A stretch of 50,219 nucleotides of DNA. Source: Clostridia bacterium (lineage in GTDB: Bacteria > Bacillota > Sulfobacillia > RBS10-35 > JAJYVM01). Both the position numbers and the translations under genes were made by a program. The DNA lies in NCBI GenBank assembly GCA_027314765.1, contig DAHVAF010000003.1:1-50219 (forward strand). The letters are read 5' to 3'. How positions within the stretch are numbered: the first letter of the stretch is position 1; each line of letters starts with the position of its first letter. Under the pieces are notes generated by a model. The model did not search any database and was not told the DNA's origin. It saw only the letters and a program-made list of their open reading frames with translations. Below, piece by piece: positions 8,414 through 17,908 of this stretch.

Positions 8414-10032
8414 ATCGCCGTCGCCAGCTGGGAGTGCGCCTCGGCCACCTCCGCCGCCACCCGATCCGCCGTCCACCCCAGCTCCCGGCCCATGATCTCG
8501 GCCACGCGGCCCACCGCCGCCCGCGCCGCCGCCTGGTCGACGAAGGCAAGCCGCAGCCGCCGCGCCAGCACGTCCATCACCGTCGCGGCCATCTCCGCCC
8601 GGACGGCCCAGACGACCTCCGCCTCCAGGTAGGGGTAGCCAGGGGCCAGCAGGTTGCCGTGCCCCTGCCGCGCCAAGGCGGCGACGTCGGCCGCGCGGGC
8701 GCCGTAGGACCGGCGCAGGTGCAGGGCCAGGGCGGGCGGGAGGTCCTCGGGACCCGGCGCCCCCGGCTCACTGCCCAGGACAGGCACCTCGGCCGCGAGC
8801 GCCCCGGCGCCCAGCCGCCACCGCTCCCGGCGCGCCAGGTGGACCAGCGCGTCGATGGCGATGCGCCGGAACGTGGTCCACTTCCCGCCGACCACGGAGA
8901 CCAGGCCGGTCGGATCCTCATGCACGACGTGGCTGCGGGCGAGCTCGGCGGTGCTTGACCGGCGCTCGTCACGCACAAGCGGCCGCAGCCCGGACCACGC
9001 CGCCAGGACGTCCTCCCGCCGAATGGGGGCGGCGAGGTAGCGGCCGGCGACGCCCAGGAGGTAGGCGATGTCCTCTTCCGCCACGGCTGGGCGCGCCGCC
9101 AGGGGCGCGGGCCGGTCGGTGGTCCCGACGAGGGTCCTGCCCTCCCACGGCAGGATGAACACGACGCGGCCGTCGGCCGTGCGCGGGACCAGGAGCCCCG
9201 TATCGGGCGGGCAGAGGCCATCGCGCAGGACCAGGTGCACCCCGCTGCTGGCGGTGACCAGGGGCGGCGCGGCCGGCGCGTCCATGGCCCGGACCTGGTC
9301 CGCGAAAGGCCCGGCAGCGTTCACCAGGGCGCGGGCCCGCACCTCGACCTCCTCGCCGCCGAGGACGTCGCGCACCACCGCCCCCGCCACCCGGCCGCCC
9401 ACGTGCAGCAGCCGGATGGCCGCCGCGTGGTTCAGCACCGCCGCCCCCCGCGCCGCCGCCGTCACGGCAAGCATCACGTTCATGCGCGCGTCGTCGAACT
9501 GGCCGTCGTAGTAAAGGACGCCGCCGCGCAGCCCCTCCGGGGCGAGGCCGGCGAACGCCGCCCGCGCGGCCGCCGCGCCCAGGTGGCGGGTGCGCCCGAG
9601 GCTGGCCGAGCCGGACAGCAGGTCGTAGAGGACGAGGCCCGCGCCGAAATACAGGCGGTCCCAGCGCCCGTAAGCGGGGGTGAGGAGGGCGATCCGCCGG
9701 CAGAGGTAGGGCGCCACGCGGAAGAAGGCGGCCCGTTCGGCCAGGGCCTCACGCACCAGCGCGTACTCGGCGCGGTCCAGGTGCGTGACGGCGCGCTCGA
9801 GGTAGCGCACGCCCCCGTGGATCAGCTTGGTCGAGCGGCTGGAGCTGCCGGCCGCGAAGTCGGCGCGGTCGACCAGGGCCACCCGCAGCCCCGCCGCGGC
9901 GGCCTGGAGGGCGATGCCGGCCCCCACCGATCCCGCGCCGATCACAAGCAGGTCGTGAACTTCACCGGCCAGCGCCGCCAGGGCCCGCCGCCGGGCGCCG
10001 CCCTCCCCCACGCCAGCACCTTCCCCTGGCAT
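8410..10032 (-). CDS. glpD: FAD-dependent glycerol-3-phosphate dehydrogenase
   Basis: DFAAGSSSRSTKLIHGGVRYLE, DGQFDDARM, SGLRPLV, GGKWTTFR. Confidence 0.95.
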   Translation of the reverse strand: MPGEGAGVGEGGARRRALAALAGEVHDLLVIGAGSVGAGIALQAAAAGLRVALVDRADFAAGSSSRSTKLIHGGVRYLERAVTHLDRAEYALVREALAERAAFFRVAPYLCRRIALLTPAYGRWDRLYFGAGLVLYDLLSGSASLGRTRHLGAAAARAAFAGLAPEGLRGGVLYYDGQFDDARMNVMLAVTAAARGAAVLNHAAAIRLLHVGGRVAGAVVRDVLGGEEVEVRARALVNAAGPFADQVRAMDAPAAPPLVTASSGVHLVLRDGLCPPDTGLLVPRTADGRVVFILPWEGRTLVGTTDRPAPLAARPAVAEEDIAYLLGVAGRYLAAPIRREDVLAAWSGLRPLVRDERRSSTAELARSHVVHEDPTGLVSVVGGKWTTFRRIAIDALVHLARRERWRLGAGALAAEVPVLGSEPGAPGPEDLPPALALHLRRSYGARAADVAALARQGHGNLLAPGYPYLEAEVVWAVRAEMAATVMDVLARRLRLAFVDQAAARAAVGRVAEIMGRELGWTADRVAAEVAEAHSQLATAI

Positions 10033-10091
10033 GCAACTTTAACGCGGACGACCCGGTGCAGGAAGTCCGGCCCAGGCATCGAACGGTGCGC

Positions 10092-10114
10092 TGCAAACGG
10101 TTGCAGCAACGGCA
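10092..10114. promoter_or_regulatory. Candidate LacI-type operator in the divergent glpD / iolI intergenic region
   Basis: Near-palindrome TGCAAACGGTTGCA followed by GCAACGG; nearly identical to the site at 21373. Confidence 0.65.
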
Positions 10115-10191
10115 GCCGGCATTCTGGGCGCGCGCATGCGCGCCCCACGGACGATCCGCAGCGGCAGTCCGGGAGCGGGGAGGTAGCGCGC

Positions 10192-10992
10192 GTGCGTCTT
10201 GGCCTGAACCTCGCCACCATCATGACGACGCCCCTGCCGGCGGCCCTGGAGGCGGCAAGGGCGGCGGGCTTCGCGCTCGTCGAGCTGCGGGCGCCGGCCC
10301 TGGCTGGGCTCCAGCCGGCCGAGGTCGCGGCCCGGATGGCGGGAGCCGGGCTCCAGGCCCTCAGCGTCAACGCCGTGGAGGGGTTTGATGCGCCGGGGTC
10401 CGGGGCGGAGGAGGAATTCCGCCGGCAGGCACAGTGGGCGGCGGCTCTGGGCGGCGCCCAGGTCCTGGTGGTTCCCGTGCGCGCGGCGGCCGCGGCGGAG
10501 CGCACCGACCGCCTGCAGCGGGCCGCGGAGGCGGTGGCGCGCCTGGAGCCCGTCGCCCGGGCGGCGGGCGTGCGGATGGCCGTCGAGTTTCTGGGCTTTG
10601 CCGACAGCACGGTCCGCAGCCTGGCGGAGGCGGCGCAGGTGGCGGCGGCCAGCCCCCTGGCCGACCTCGTGCTCGACACGTTCCACCTCGGCCTTCAGGG
10701 CGGCCCCCTTCCCGGGGCGCCCGCCGGCCGGCTGGCCATCGTGCACCTGGCCGACCTCCGGGCCGGGGTCCAGCGCGGGCGGGCCACCGACGCCGACCGC
10801 TGCCTGCCCGGCGAGGGGAGCCTCGGCATCGCGGCCACCCTGGCCCGGCTCGCGGCGGCGGGCTACGACGGGCCGGCGTCGGTGGAGCTGTTCGATCCTG
10901 TCCTCTGGGGGCAGGACCCCTTGGCGGTGGCGGCCCGCGCGTTCGCCGCCGCCGATGCGGCGCTGCCGGTCCGGGGGGCGGGGGCGCGATGA
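10192..10992 (+). CDS. iolI: 2-keto-myo-inositol isomerase-like (xylose isomerase-like TIM barrel)
   Basis: LN.AT, VELR, VEFLGF..STV, LDTFH, H..D, TDADRCLPGEG and SVELF match the B. subtilis IolI pattern. GTG start after GGGGAGG. Confidence 0.8.
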   Translation: MRLGLNLATIMTTPLPAALEAARAAGFALVELRAPALAGLQPAEVAARMAGAGLQALSVNAVEGFDAPGSGAEEEFRRQAQWAAALGGAQVLVVPVRAAAAAERTDRLQRAAEAVARLEPVARAAGVRMAVEFLGFADSTVRSLAEAAQVAAASPLADLVLDTFHLGLQGGPLPGAPAGRLAIVHLADLRAGVQRGRATDADRCLPGEGSLGIAATLARLAAAGYDGPASVELFDPVLWGQDPLAVAARAFAAADAALPVRGAGAR

Positions 10993-11648
10993 GGGTCCTC
11001 CGCTACGCCCACCGCGGCGCGTGGTCGCGGGCGCCGGGGGGTCCCCGTGAGAACACCCTGGCTGCCTTCGCCGCCGCTGCCGGGGGGTGGGATGGGGTGG
11101 AGCTGGATGCCCACCGCACGGCGGACGGGCACCTGGCCGTCGTCCACGACCCGGTCGTCCAGGGACGCGCCATCGGCGCGACGGCATGGGCGGAGCTGCA
11201 CGCGGCCGCGCCGTGGCTGCCGGAGCTGGGCGAGGCCCTGCGGCTGCTGCGCGACGCCGGGCTGCGCGCGAACGTCGAGATCAAGGCCGGCAGCGATTTC
11301 TACCCCGGCATCGAGGCGGAGGTGCTGGCGGCGGTCGGACGCTTCGGCTGGCCGGAGGCGACCATCATCTCCTCGTTCGACCAGCGGGCCCTGCTGCGCG
11401 TGCGCGAGATCGAGGCGGGGATCGCGACCGCCGTGCTCTACACGGGACGCGTGCTCGACCCCGTGGGGGTCGCCCGCCGCTGTGGCGCCACCGGCCTGCA
11501 CCCGGAGAAGGCGCTGCTGCGCGCCGAGGACGTGGCCGAGATGCGGGCCGCGGGCCTCTGGGTCGCCACCTGGACGGGGCGCGACCCGGCCGAGTGCGAG
11601 CGGCTGGCGGCCCTGGGCGTCGACGCCGTGATCGGGGACCCGGCTTAG
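10989..11648 (+). CDS. Glycerophosphodiester phosphodiesterase (GDPD, UgpQ/GlpQ-like), cytoplasmic
   Basis: AHRG, ENT, ELD, D..L.V.HD, NVEIK, ISSFD. ATGA coupling to iolI; no signal peptide. Confidence 0.93.
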   Translation: MRVLRYAHRGAWSRAPGGPRENTLAAFAAAAGGWDGVELDAHRTADGHLAVVHDPVVQGRAIGATAWAELHAAAPWLPELGEALRLLRDAGLRANVEIKAGSDFYPGIEAEVLAAVGRFGWPEATIISSFDQRALLRVREIEAGIATAVLYTGRVLDPVGVARRCGATGLHPEKALLRAEDVAEMRAAGLWVATWTGRDPAECERLAALGVDAVIGDPA

Positions 11649-13145
11649 ATGCCCCAGTATGTGCTGGCCCTGGACCAGGGCACCACCAGTTCGCGCGCGA
11701 TCGTGTTCGATGAGCGGGGGCGGGTGCGCGGCATGGGAGCCCAGCCGCTCCGCCAGATCTATCCCCGGCCGGGCTGGGTCGAGCACGATCCCGAGGAGAT
11801 CTGGCTGGGCGTCCGCCAGAGCATCGATGCGGCGCTGGCCGCGGCCGGCATCCGCGCCGCGCACCTGGCCGCGGTGGGCATCACCAATCAGAGGGAGACC
11901 ACGCTGCTCTGGCGCCGGAGCACCGGCCGGCCGCTCGGCCACGCCATCGTGTGGCAGGACCGCCGCACGGCCGGGCGCTGCGACGAGCTGCGGGCGCGGG
12001 GCCTGTCCCCCGCCGTCCGCGAAAAGACGGGCCTCGTCATCGACCCCTACTTCTCGGCGACGAAGATCGCCTGGATCCTCGAGCACGTCGCCGGCGCACA
12101 GGCGCTGGCCGAGACGGGCGATATCGCATTCGGCACGGTCGACGCCTGGCTGCTGCACAAGCTGACCGGCGGCCGGCTGCACGCCACAGACCTGAGCAAT
12201 GCCGCCCGCACGATGCTCTTCGACATCCGCCGGCTATGCTGGGACGCGGACCTGCTGGGCGAGCTCGGGATCCCGGCGGCGGTGCTGCCGGAGGTGCGGC
12301 CGAGCAGCGGCCTGTACGCCGAGACCGACCCAGCCGTGATGGGCGCGGCGGTGCCGATCGCCGGCGTCGCCGGCGACCAGCAGGCAGCGCTCTTCGGGCA
12401 GGCCTGCCTGGTGCCCGGCACCGCGAAGAACACGTACGGCACGGGCTCGTTCCTGCTGATGAACACGGGCGATCGCCCTGTCGCCTCCGGCAGCGGCCTT
12501 CTGACGACCATCGCCTGGGGCCTGGGCGACACCGTCCAGTACGCGCTCGAGGGCAGCATCTTCGTGACCGGGGCGGCGGTGCAGTGGCTGCGGGACGAGC
12601 TGGGTCTCATCACCCGCGCCGACGAGACGGAGGCCCTGGCCCGCTCGGTCCCGGACACGGACGGGGTGTATCTGGTGCCGGCATTCGCCGGCCTTGGCGC
12701 CCCCCACTGGGACCCGTACGCGCGGGGCGCCATCCTCGGGCTCACTCGCGGGACGGGCCGCGCCCACGTCGTCCGCGCGGCCCTGGAGGCCATCTGCTAC
12801 CAGAGCCGTGAGGTGCTCGACGCGATGGCGCAGGACGCGGGCCAGCCACTGCAGTGCCTGCGCGTGGACGGCGGCGCGACCGTGAACGACTTCCTGATGC
12901 AGTTTCAGGCGGATATCCTCGGCGTCCCCGTGGAGCGGCCCGAGGTGACGGAGACCACGGCCCTCGGCGCCGCCTACCTGGCGGGGCTGGCGGTGGGGGT
13001 CTGGGCCGGCCCCGCCGCCCTGGCGGGGCAGTGGCGGATGCAGCGGCGGTTTACGCCCGGCATGGGCGAGGCGGAGCGCGAGCGTCTCTATCGAGGCTGG
13101 CGGCGGGCTCTGGCCCGGGTCGGAGGCTGGGTGGAGCCGCAGTAG
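11649..13145 (+). CDS. glpK: Glycerol kinase
   Basis: [52 protein letters not shown]. Confidence 0.97.
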   Translation: MPQYVLALDQGTTSSRAIVFDERGRVRGMGAQPLRQIYPRPGWVEHDPEEIWLGVRQSIDAALAAAGIRAAHLAAVGITNQRETTLLWRRSTGRPLGHAIVWQDRRTAGRCDELRARGLSPAVREKTGLVIDPYFSATKIAWILEHVAGAQALAETGDIAFGTVDAWLLHKLTGGRLHATDLSNAARTMLFDIRRLCWDADLLGELGIPAAVLPEVRPSSGLYAETDPAVMGAAVPIAGVAGDQQAALFGQACLVPGTAKNTYGTGSFLLMNTGDRPVASGSGLLTTIAWGLGDTVQYALEGSIFVTGAAVQWLRDELGLITRADETEALARSVPDTDGVYLVPAFAGLGAPHWDPYARGAILGLTRGTGRAHVVRAALEAICYQSREVLDAMAQDAGQPLQCLRVDGGATVNDFLMQFQADILGVPVERPEVTETTALGAAYLAGLAVGVWAGPAALAGQWRMQRRFTPGMGEAERERLYRGWRRALARVGGWVEPQ

Positions 13146-13251
13146 CAGGGGATCCCCCCCTTGGCCCCGGAATGCCGAAGCTCGGGGCGGGAGGCTGCAG
13201 GTCACGCGCGCACAGGGGGCACGGCTTCGCGGGTCTGAGGGGGCGAGCCGG

Positions 13252-13806
13252 CTGCACGGGCCGGTCATCCCCGCGCTGCGCCGCCCCGAGGACATTGAGG
13301 CCCTGGCCCGCCACCCGGCCGTCGGCACCGTCTTTCTGCTCTTTGGCACCATCAACACGGGCGGCGAGCTGGTGGCGCGCTGCCACGACTTCGGCAAGGT
13401 GGTGCTGCTGCACTTCGACCTGCTGCACGGCCTCTCCGCGGATGCCGACGCCGTCGCCTTCGTGACGCGCCGCTGGCGTGCGGACGGGATCATCACCACC
13501 CGGCCCCAGGTCATCGCGGCGGCCTCGCGGCTCGGGGTGACCACGATCCAGCGCATCTTCGCCCTGGACAGCCTGGCGCTGCAGACCGGCATTCAGCTGG
13601 CCCGCCAGAACCAGCCGTCGGCGATCGAGGTGCTGCCCGGGATCGTGCCGCGTGCCATCACGCAGCTGGTGGCCGCCCTCAGCCAACCCGTGATCGCGGG
13701 CGGCCTCGTGCAGGACGCCGGGGACGTGTCCGCGGCCCTGGGGGCCGGCGCGCAGGCCGTCTCCACGAGCCGCGAGGCGCTCTGGGCCATGGCCGCGGCG
13801 GATTGA
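13252..13806 (+). CDS. glpP: Glycerol-3-phosphate-responsive antiterminator, probable CTG start
   Basis: H.DLL.GL, GIITTR, TIQRIF.LDS, IEVLPG, IAGGLV. The conserved N-terminal PVIPALR lies upstream of the track's start. A CTG at 13252 sits 8 nt after GAGGGGG. Confidence 0.88.
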   Translation: MHGPVIPALRRPEDIEALARHPAVGTVFLLFGTINTGGELVARCHDFGKVVLLHFDLLHGLSADADAVAFVTRRWRADGIITTRPQVIAAASRLGVTTIQRIFALDSLALQTGIQLARQNQPSAIEVLPGIVPRAITQLVAALSQPVIAGGLVQDAGDVSAALGAGAQAVSTSREALWAMAAAD

Positions 13807-13886
13807 GGCGGCGGCAGGAGTTCGGCGGGCTTCGCGCGAAAGCGTCGCGCAATGGAAGGCCCCGGCGCCATGCGGGCGGACATCAG

Positions 13887-13940
13887 AGAGCCCGCGCGGC
13901 CGGCGGCGACCGAAAGGTCGTCAGCGGTCGCGCGGGCTTT
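13887..13940 (+). terminator. Long GAAA-capped hairpin in the ugpB leader (candidate terminator/attenuator)
   Basis: AGAGCCCGCGCGGCCG-GC-GGCGACC-GAAA-GGTCGTC-AG-CGGTCGCGCGGGCTTT: 23 paired positions including G-U pairs, ending in TTT. Confidence 0.55.
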
Positions 13941-13978
13941 GGCGCGCGGCCCGGGGCCGGGTGAGGAGGAGTGAGCCC

Positions 13979-15352
13979 ATGAGGAGGGCCCAGGCGATCG
14001 CCGCCGGCTTCGCCGTGATGGCGCTCCTGGCCGGCTGCGGCGGGGCGGCGGCCCCGGCCAGCGGCGGGACGACGGCTTCCGGTGCCGCGGCGGCCACGAC
14101 GACCGGCTCGTCGAGCGCGATCCCCATCACGTTCTGGGATGCGTACACCGGTCCCCTCGGCGCCGACCTGCAGCACCTGGTCGATGAGTTCAACAGCTCG
14201 CAGACCCAGTACCAGGTCAAGGCGGTCTACAAGGGCACCTACCCGCAGGTCCTGGCCGACACCATCGCCGCCTACCGCAGCCACCAGGCGCCGGACATCA
14301 CCATGATCTTCGATGTCGGGACGGCCACCATGATGGACAGCCAGGGCGTCTACGAGCCCGTGTACAAGCTGATGGCGCAGAACAACATCCCGTTTGCCAC
14401 CTCCGACTTCGTCGGCGCCGCCGCCAGCTACTACGAGACCGCGGCCGATCACCTGGATTCGCTGCCGTTCGCCAGCTCGACGCCGGTGCTTTACTACAAC
14501 AAGGCCATGCTCGCCAAGATCAACGCCCAGCCGCCGGCCACCTGGAGCCAGATGGGCAGCGTCGGCGCCGCGCTGGTCAAGAGCGGCGTCAAAAACGGCT
14601 TCACCATCGGCTGGCCGGACTGGACCCAGTTCGAGCAGTACGCCGTGTGGAACGCCTACCCGTACGCCACCGACGACAACGGCTACACGGCCGTCAAGGG
14701 CGTGCAGCTGCTGATCAACACCAAGCCGTTCGTCGACCACATCAACCAGCTGGCCCAGTGGCAAAAGTCAGGCGTCTTCATCTACGGCGGCCGCGAGAGC
14801 ACCCCGGAGCCCCTGTTCCTCAGCGGCAAGGTCGGCATGTACATCGACAGCTCTGCCTCCTACGCGGCCATCGCCAAGGGCGCGAAGTTCGCCTTCGGTG
14901 AGGCGCCGCTGCCCTATCAGAACGGGGATGCCAACGCGCCCCAGAACACGGTGGTCGGCGGCAACTCGCTCTGGGTGATGGCCGGCGAGCCGGCCGACGT
15001 CTACCCCGGCGTGGCCAGGTTCCTGCAGTTTCTGATGTCGGGCCCCTCCCAGGCCTACTGGGCCGCCAACACGGGGTATGTGCCGATCAGCACGGCCGGC
15101 GTCACCGCGCTGACCAACCAGGGCTTTTACGCCAAGAACCCGTACGCGATGGTGGCCGTCAAGGAGCTGACGGACAAGCCGGCGCTGCCCACGACCCGGG
15201 GCATCCGCCTCGGTGACCTCTCCCAGATCCGCGACATCGAGAACGCGGCCATCACGGCGGTGTTCGCCAACAAGGAGAGCGCGCAGCAGGCCCTGGACAA
15301 GGCCGAGCAGCAGGGCAACGCGGTCCTGGCCAAGTTTGCTTCAAGCTACTAG
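13979..15352 (+). CDS. ugpB: sn-glycerol-3-phosphate/glycerophosphodiester ABC substrate-binding lipoprotein
   Basis: LAGC lipobox; YKGTY, DVGTATMM, PF.SSTPVLYYNK, PQNT.VGG.SLWV, TGYVP, GIRLG as in UgpB. AGGAGG RBS. Confidence 0.88.
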   Translation: MRRAQAIAAGFAVMALLAGCGGAAAPASGGTTASGAAAATTTGSSSAIPITFWDAYTGPLGADLQHLVDEFNSSQTQYQVKAVYKGTYPQVLADTIAAYRSHQAPDITMIFDVGTATMMDSQGVYEPVYKLMAQNNIPFATSDFVGAAASYYETAADHLDSLPFASSTPVLYYNKAMLAKINAQPPATWSQMGSVGAALVKSGVKNGFTIGWPDWTQFEQYAVWNAYPYATDDNGYTAVKGVQLLINTKPFVDHINQLAQWQKSGVFIYGGRESTPEPLFLSGKVGMYIDSSASYAAIAKGAKFAFGEAPLPYQNGDANAPQNTVVGGNSLWVMAGEPADVYPGVARFLQFLMSGPSQAYWAANTGYVPISTAGVTALTNQGFYAKNPYAMVAVKELTDKPALPTTRGIRLGDLSQIRDIENAAITAVFANKESAQQALDKAEQQGNAVLAKFASSY

Positions 15353-16271
15353 CCCCGCCCGGACCCGGGCCCGACCGGCGGCGGCGCCCGCCACCCGCGC
15401 GGTCTTCCCGCAAAGGGCGCTGCCGCTGGCCCTGGCCCTGCCCCAGCTGCTGGTCGTGGCCCTGTTCTTCTTGTGGCCGACCTACCTGGCCCTGCGCGAG
15501 GCGTTTATCAACGTCAACGCGTTCGGGCTCGGCGGCCGCTTCGTCGGCCTGGCCAACTTCGCCTACGTGCTGACCACCGGCTCCTACCTGCACGCCCTGG
15601 GGGTGACGGCCGAGTTCGGGCTCATCGCCACCGCGGCCCGCATGGCGCTGGGGCTGCTGCTGGCCGAGCAGGTCCAGCAGGTCGGGCGCGGGCGGGCCAT
15701 CTACCGCACCCTGTTCGCCTGGACGTACGCGGTGCCGGCCGCCGTGGCGGGCAGTCTCTGGCTGTTCATCTTCAACCCCCAGGTGGGGATGGGCGGCGAG
15801 ATCCTGGCCGCCCTCGGCGTGCGCTGGAACTTCCTGCTCAGCAGCAGCCAGGCCCTGGCCGTGGTGATCAGCATGACGGTCTGGCAGCTGACGGCCTACA
15901 ACTACCTCTTCTTCACCGCCGGGCTGCAGTCGCTGCCGGAGGACGTGCTGGAGGCCGGCGCCCTGGACGGGGCAGGGCCGTCCAAGCGCTTTTGGCGCAT
16001 CACCTTCCCCATGCTGGCGCCGACCACGTTCTACCTGTCGGTGGTCAACATCATCTTCGTCTTCTTCTCCACCTTCGCCACGATCGACATCCTGACCCAG
16101 GGCGGCCCCGACAACGGCACGGCCACGCTGGTGTACCGGATCTACCAGGACGCCTTCCAGAACGCCAACACATCGGTGGCGGGCGCCGAAACCATCCTGC
16201 TCATCCTCTTGGTGTCGGCGCTCACGGCCGTGCAGTTCCGCTTCCTCGGCCGGCGGGGCTACTACCAGTGA
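15336..16271 (+). CDS. ugpA: G3P ABC transporter permease
   Basis: PQL....FF.WP, YN.LFF.AGLQS, EAA-type loop (EAGALDGAG), LTQGGP...T.TLVY.IY. The TTG start is approximate. Confidence 0.85.
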   Translation: MLQATSPARTRARPAAAPATRAVFPQRALPLALALPQLLVVALFFLWPTYLALREAFINVNAFGLGGRFVGLANFAYVLTTGSYLHALGVTAEFGLIATAARMALGLLLAEQVQQVGRGRAIYRTLFAWTYAVPAAVAGSLWLFIFNPQVGMGGEILAALGVRWNFLLSSSQALAVVISMTVWQLTAYNYLFFTAGLQSLPEDVLEAGALDGAGPSKRFWRITFPMLAPTTFYLSVVNIIFVFFSTFATIDILTQGGPDNGTATLVYRIYQDAFQNANTSVAGAETILLILLVSALTAVQFRFLGRRGYYQ

Positions 16272-17110
16272 GGGCGCGCCGGCGGCGCGAGGCCGGGCGG
16301 CACGTCCTGCTGATCGGGCTGGCCCTGATCTTTCTCGTGCCGATCTATGTGGCCGTGGTCGCCGCCAGCCACAGCGCGGGCGATCTGCTGGCGGCCTTCC
16401 CCTACGCCCCGGGCGGCCTGCTCCTCCGTAACCTCGGCCGCGTGCTGATCGCCGGCTTCCCGAACGCCGCGCCCGTGGACCGCATGCTGGCCAACAGCCT
16501 GGTGATGGCGCTCGGCATCTCGCTCGGCAAGCTGCTCATCTCGGTCCCGGCCGCCTTCGCCGTCGTCTTCTTCAACTTCCGCGGGCGGATGCTGGTCTTC
16601 TGGCTCATCTTCATCACCCTGCTGCTGCCGGTCGAGGTCCGCTTCTTCCCCACCTACCAGATCACGGCGCAGCTCGGCCTGCTCAACAGCTACGGCGGGC
16701 TGATCCTGCCCCTGATGGCCTCGGCCACGGCCACCTTCCTGTTCCGCCAGTACTTCCTCACCCTGCCCAAGGAGCTGGCGGATGCCGCCCGCATCGACGG
16801 CGTGCGCCCCCTGCAGTTCCTGCTGCGCATCGTGCTGCCGCTGTCGCGGCCCAACCTGGCGGCCCTGTTCGTCATCGAGTTCGTGTACGGGTGGAACCAG
16901 TACCTGTGGCCCCTGCTGACGACCACCGACACGCACTACCAGACGGTGGTCATGGGGATGCAGGGCATGATCTCCATCGCCAGCAGCTTCGGCGTCCCGC
17001 AGTGGAACCTGGTCATGGCCGCCGCCATCCTGGCCCTGCTGCCGCCCGTCCTCGTGGTCGTCGCCATGCAGCGCTGGTTCGTGCGCGGCATCGCCGCCGG
17101 AATCAACTGA
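16268..17110 (+). CDS. ugpE: G3P ABC transporter permease
   Basis: FWLIFITLLLPVEVRFFP, LPLMASATATFLFRQ and NLAALFVI.F.YGWNQYLWPLL closely follow UgpE. GTGA overlap. Confidence 0.92.
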   Translation: MRARRRREAGRHVLLIGLALIFLVPIYVAVVAASHSAGDLLAAFPYAPGGLLLRNLGRVLIAGFPNAAPVDRMLANSLVMALGISLGKLLISVPAAFAVVFFNFRGRMLVFWLIFITLLLPVEVRFFPTYQITAQLGLLNSYGGLILPLMASATATFLFRQYFLTLPKELADAARIDGVRPLQFLLRIVLPLSRPNLAALFVIEFVYGWNQYLWPLLTTTDTHYQTVVMGMQGMISIASSFGVPQWNLVMAAAILALLPPVLVVVAMQRWFVRGIAAGIN

Positions 17111-17113
17111 CGG

Positions 17114-17908
17114 CTACCAGTCGAAGGTCGAGGCGAACGCGGACAGGATGCGCCGCGTGCCCGAGACGAAGACCAGCAGCACGGGGACGATGACGATGGC
17201 CGTGGCGGCCGCCAGCAGGTTCCACTGCAGGCCCGACTCGCTCGCCTCGGCGACGGTGGCCAGGCCAACCACGATGGGCCGGGCCGAGGCCGTGTTCGTG
17301 ACGATCAGGGGCCAGAGGAAGTCCGTCCAGTGGTAGGTGACGGAGATCACGGCGAAGGCCAGGGCGGCGGGCACGGCGCGCGGCAGGTACACGCGCAGGA
17401 ACACGCCCACCGTGTCGTAACCGTCCAGGCGGGCCGCCTCCTCCAGCTCCCGCGGCACGGAGCGGAAGGCCTGGCGGAAGGAGAGGACGGCGATCCCCGA
17501 CACCAGATACGGCACCATGATCCCGAGCTTGGTGTTCAGCAGGTGCAGGCCCTGGACGATTTCGTACTCCTGGATCAGGATCGCGTACACCGGCACCACG
17601 ATCTGCAGCAGGAAGAGGCCCGTGATCAGGGCCTTGCCGGGGAACTCGTAGCGGGCGAGCACGAAGCCGACCACGGCGCCGAAGACCGTCTGCACGATCA
17701 GCAGCCCGCCGACGATCAGCACGGTGTTGATCGCGTACTGGCCAAACGGCGCGGATTGCAGCGCCCCGGCCAGGTTGCCGAGGGTGAGGCCGCCGGTCCT
17801 CGGCGATATGAAGGTCGCATACAGCACCCAGAGGGTCGGAAAGCCCCAGATCACGGCCACCAGGCCGAGCGCGACGGTGGCCAGGGGATTGCGGCGACTC
17901 ACTGCCAA
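17114..17908 (-). CDS. Carbohydrate (CUT1) ABC transporter permease
   Basis: RQAFRSVPRELEEAARLDG, W.DFLWPLIV. Confidence 0.9.
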   Translation of the reverse strand: MAVSRRNPLATVALGLVAVIWGFPTLWVLYATFISPRTGGLTLGNLAGALQSAPFGQYAINTVLIVGGLLIVQTVFGAVVGFVLARYEFPGKALITGLFLLQIVVPVYAILIQEYEIVQGLHLLNTKLGIMVPYLVSGIAVLSFRQAFRSVPRELEEAARLDGYDTVGVFLRVYLPRAVPAALAFAVISVTYHWTDFLWPLIVTNTASARPIVVGLATVAEASESGLQWNLLAAATAIVIVPVLLVFVSGTRRILSAFASTFDW

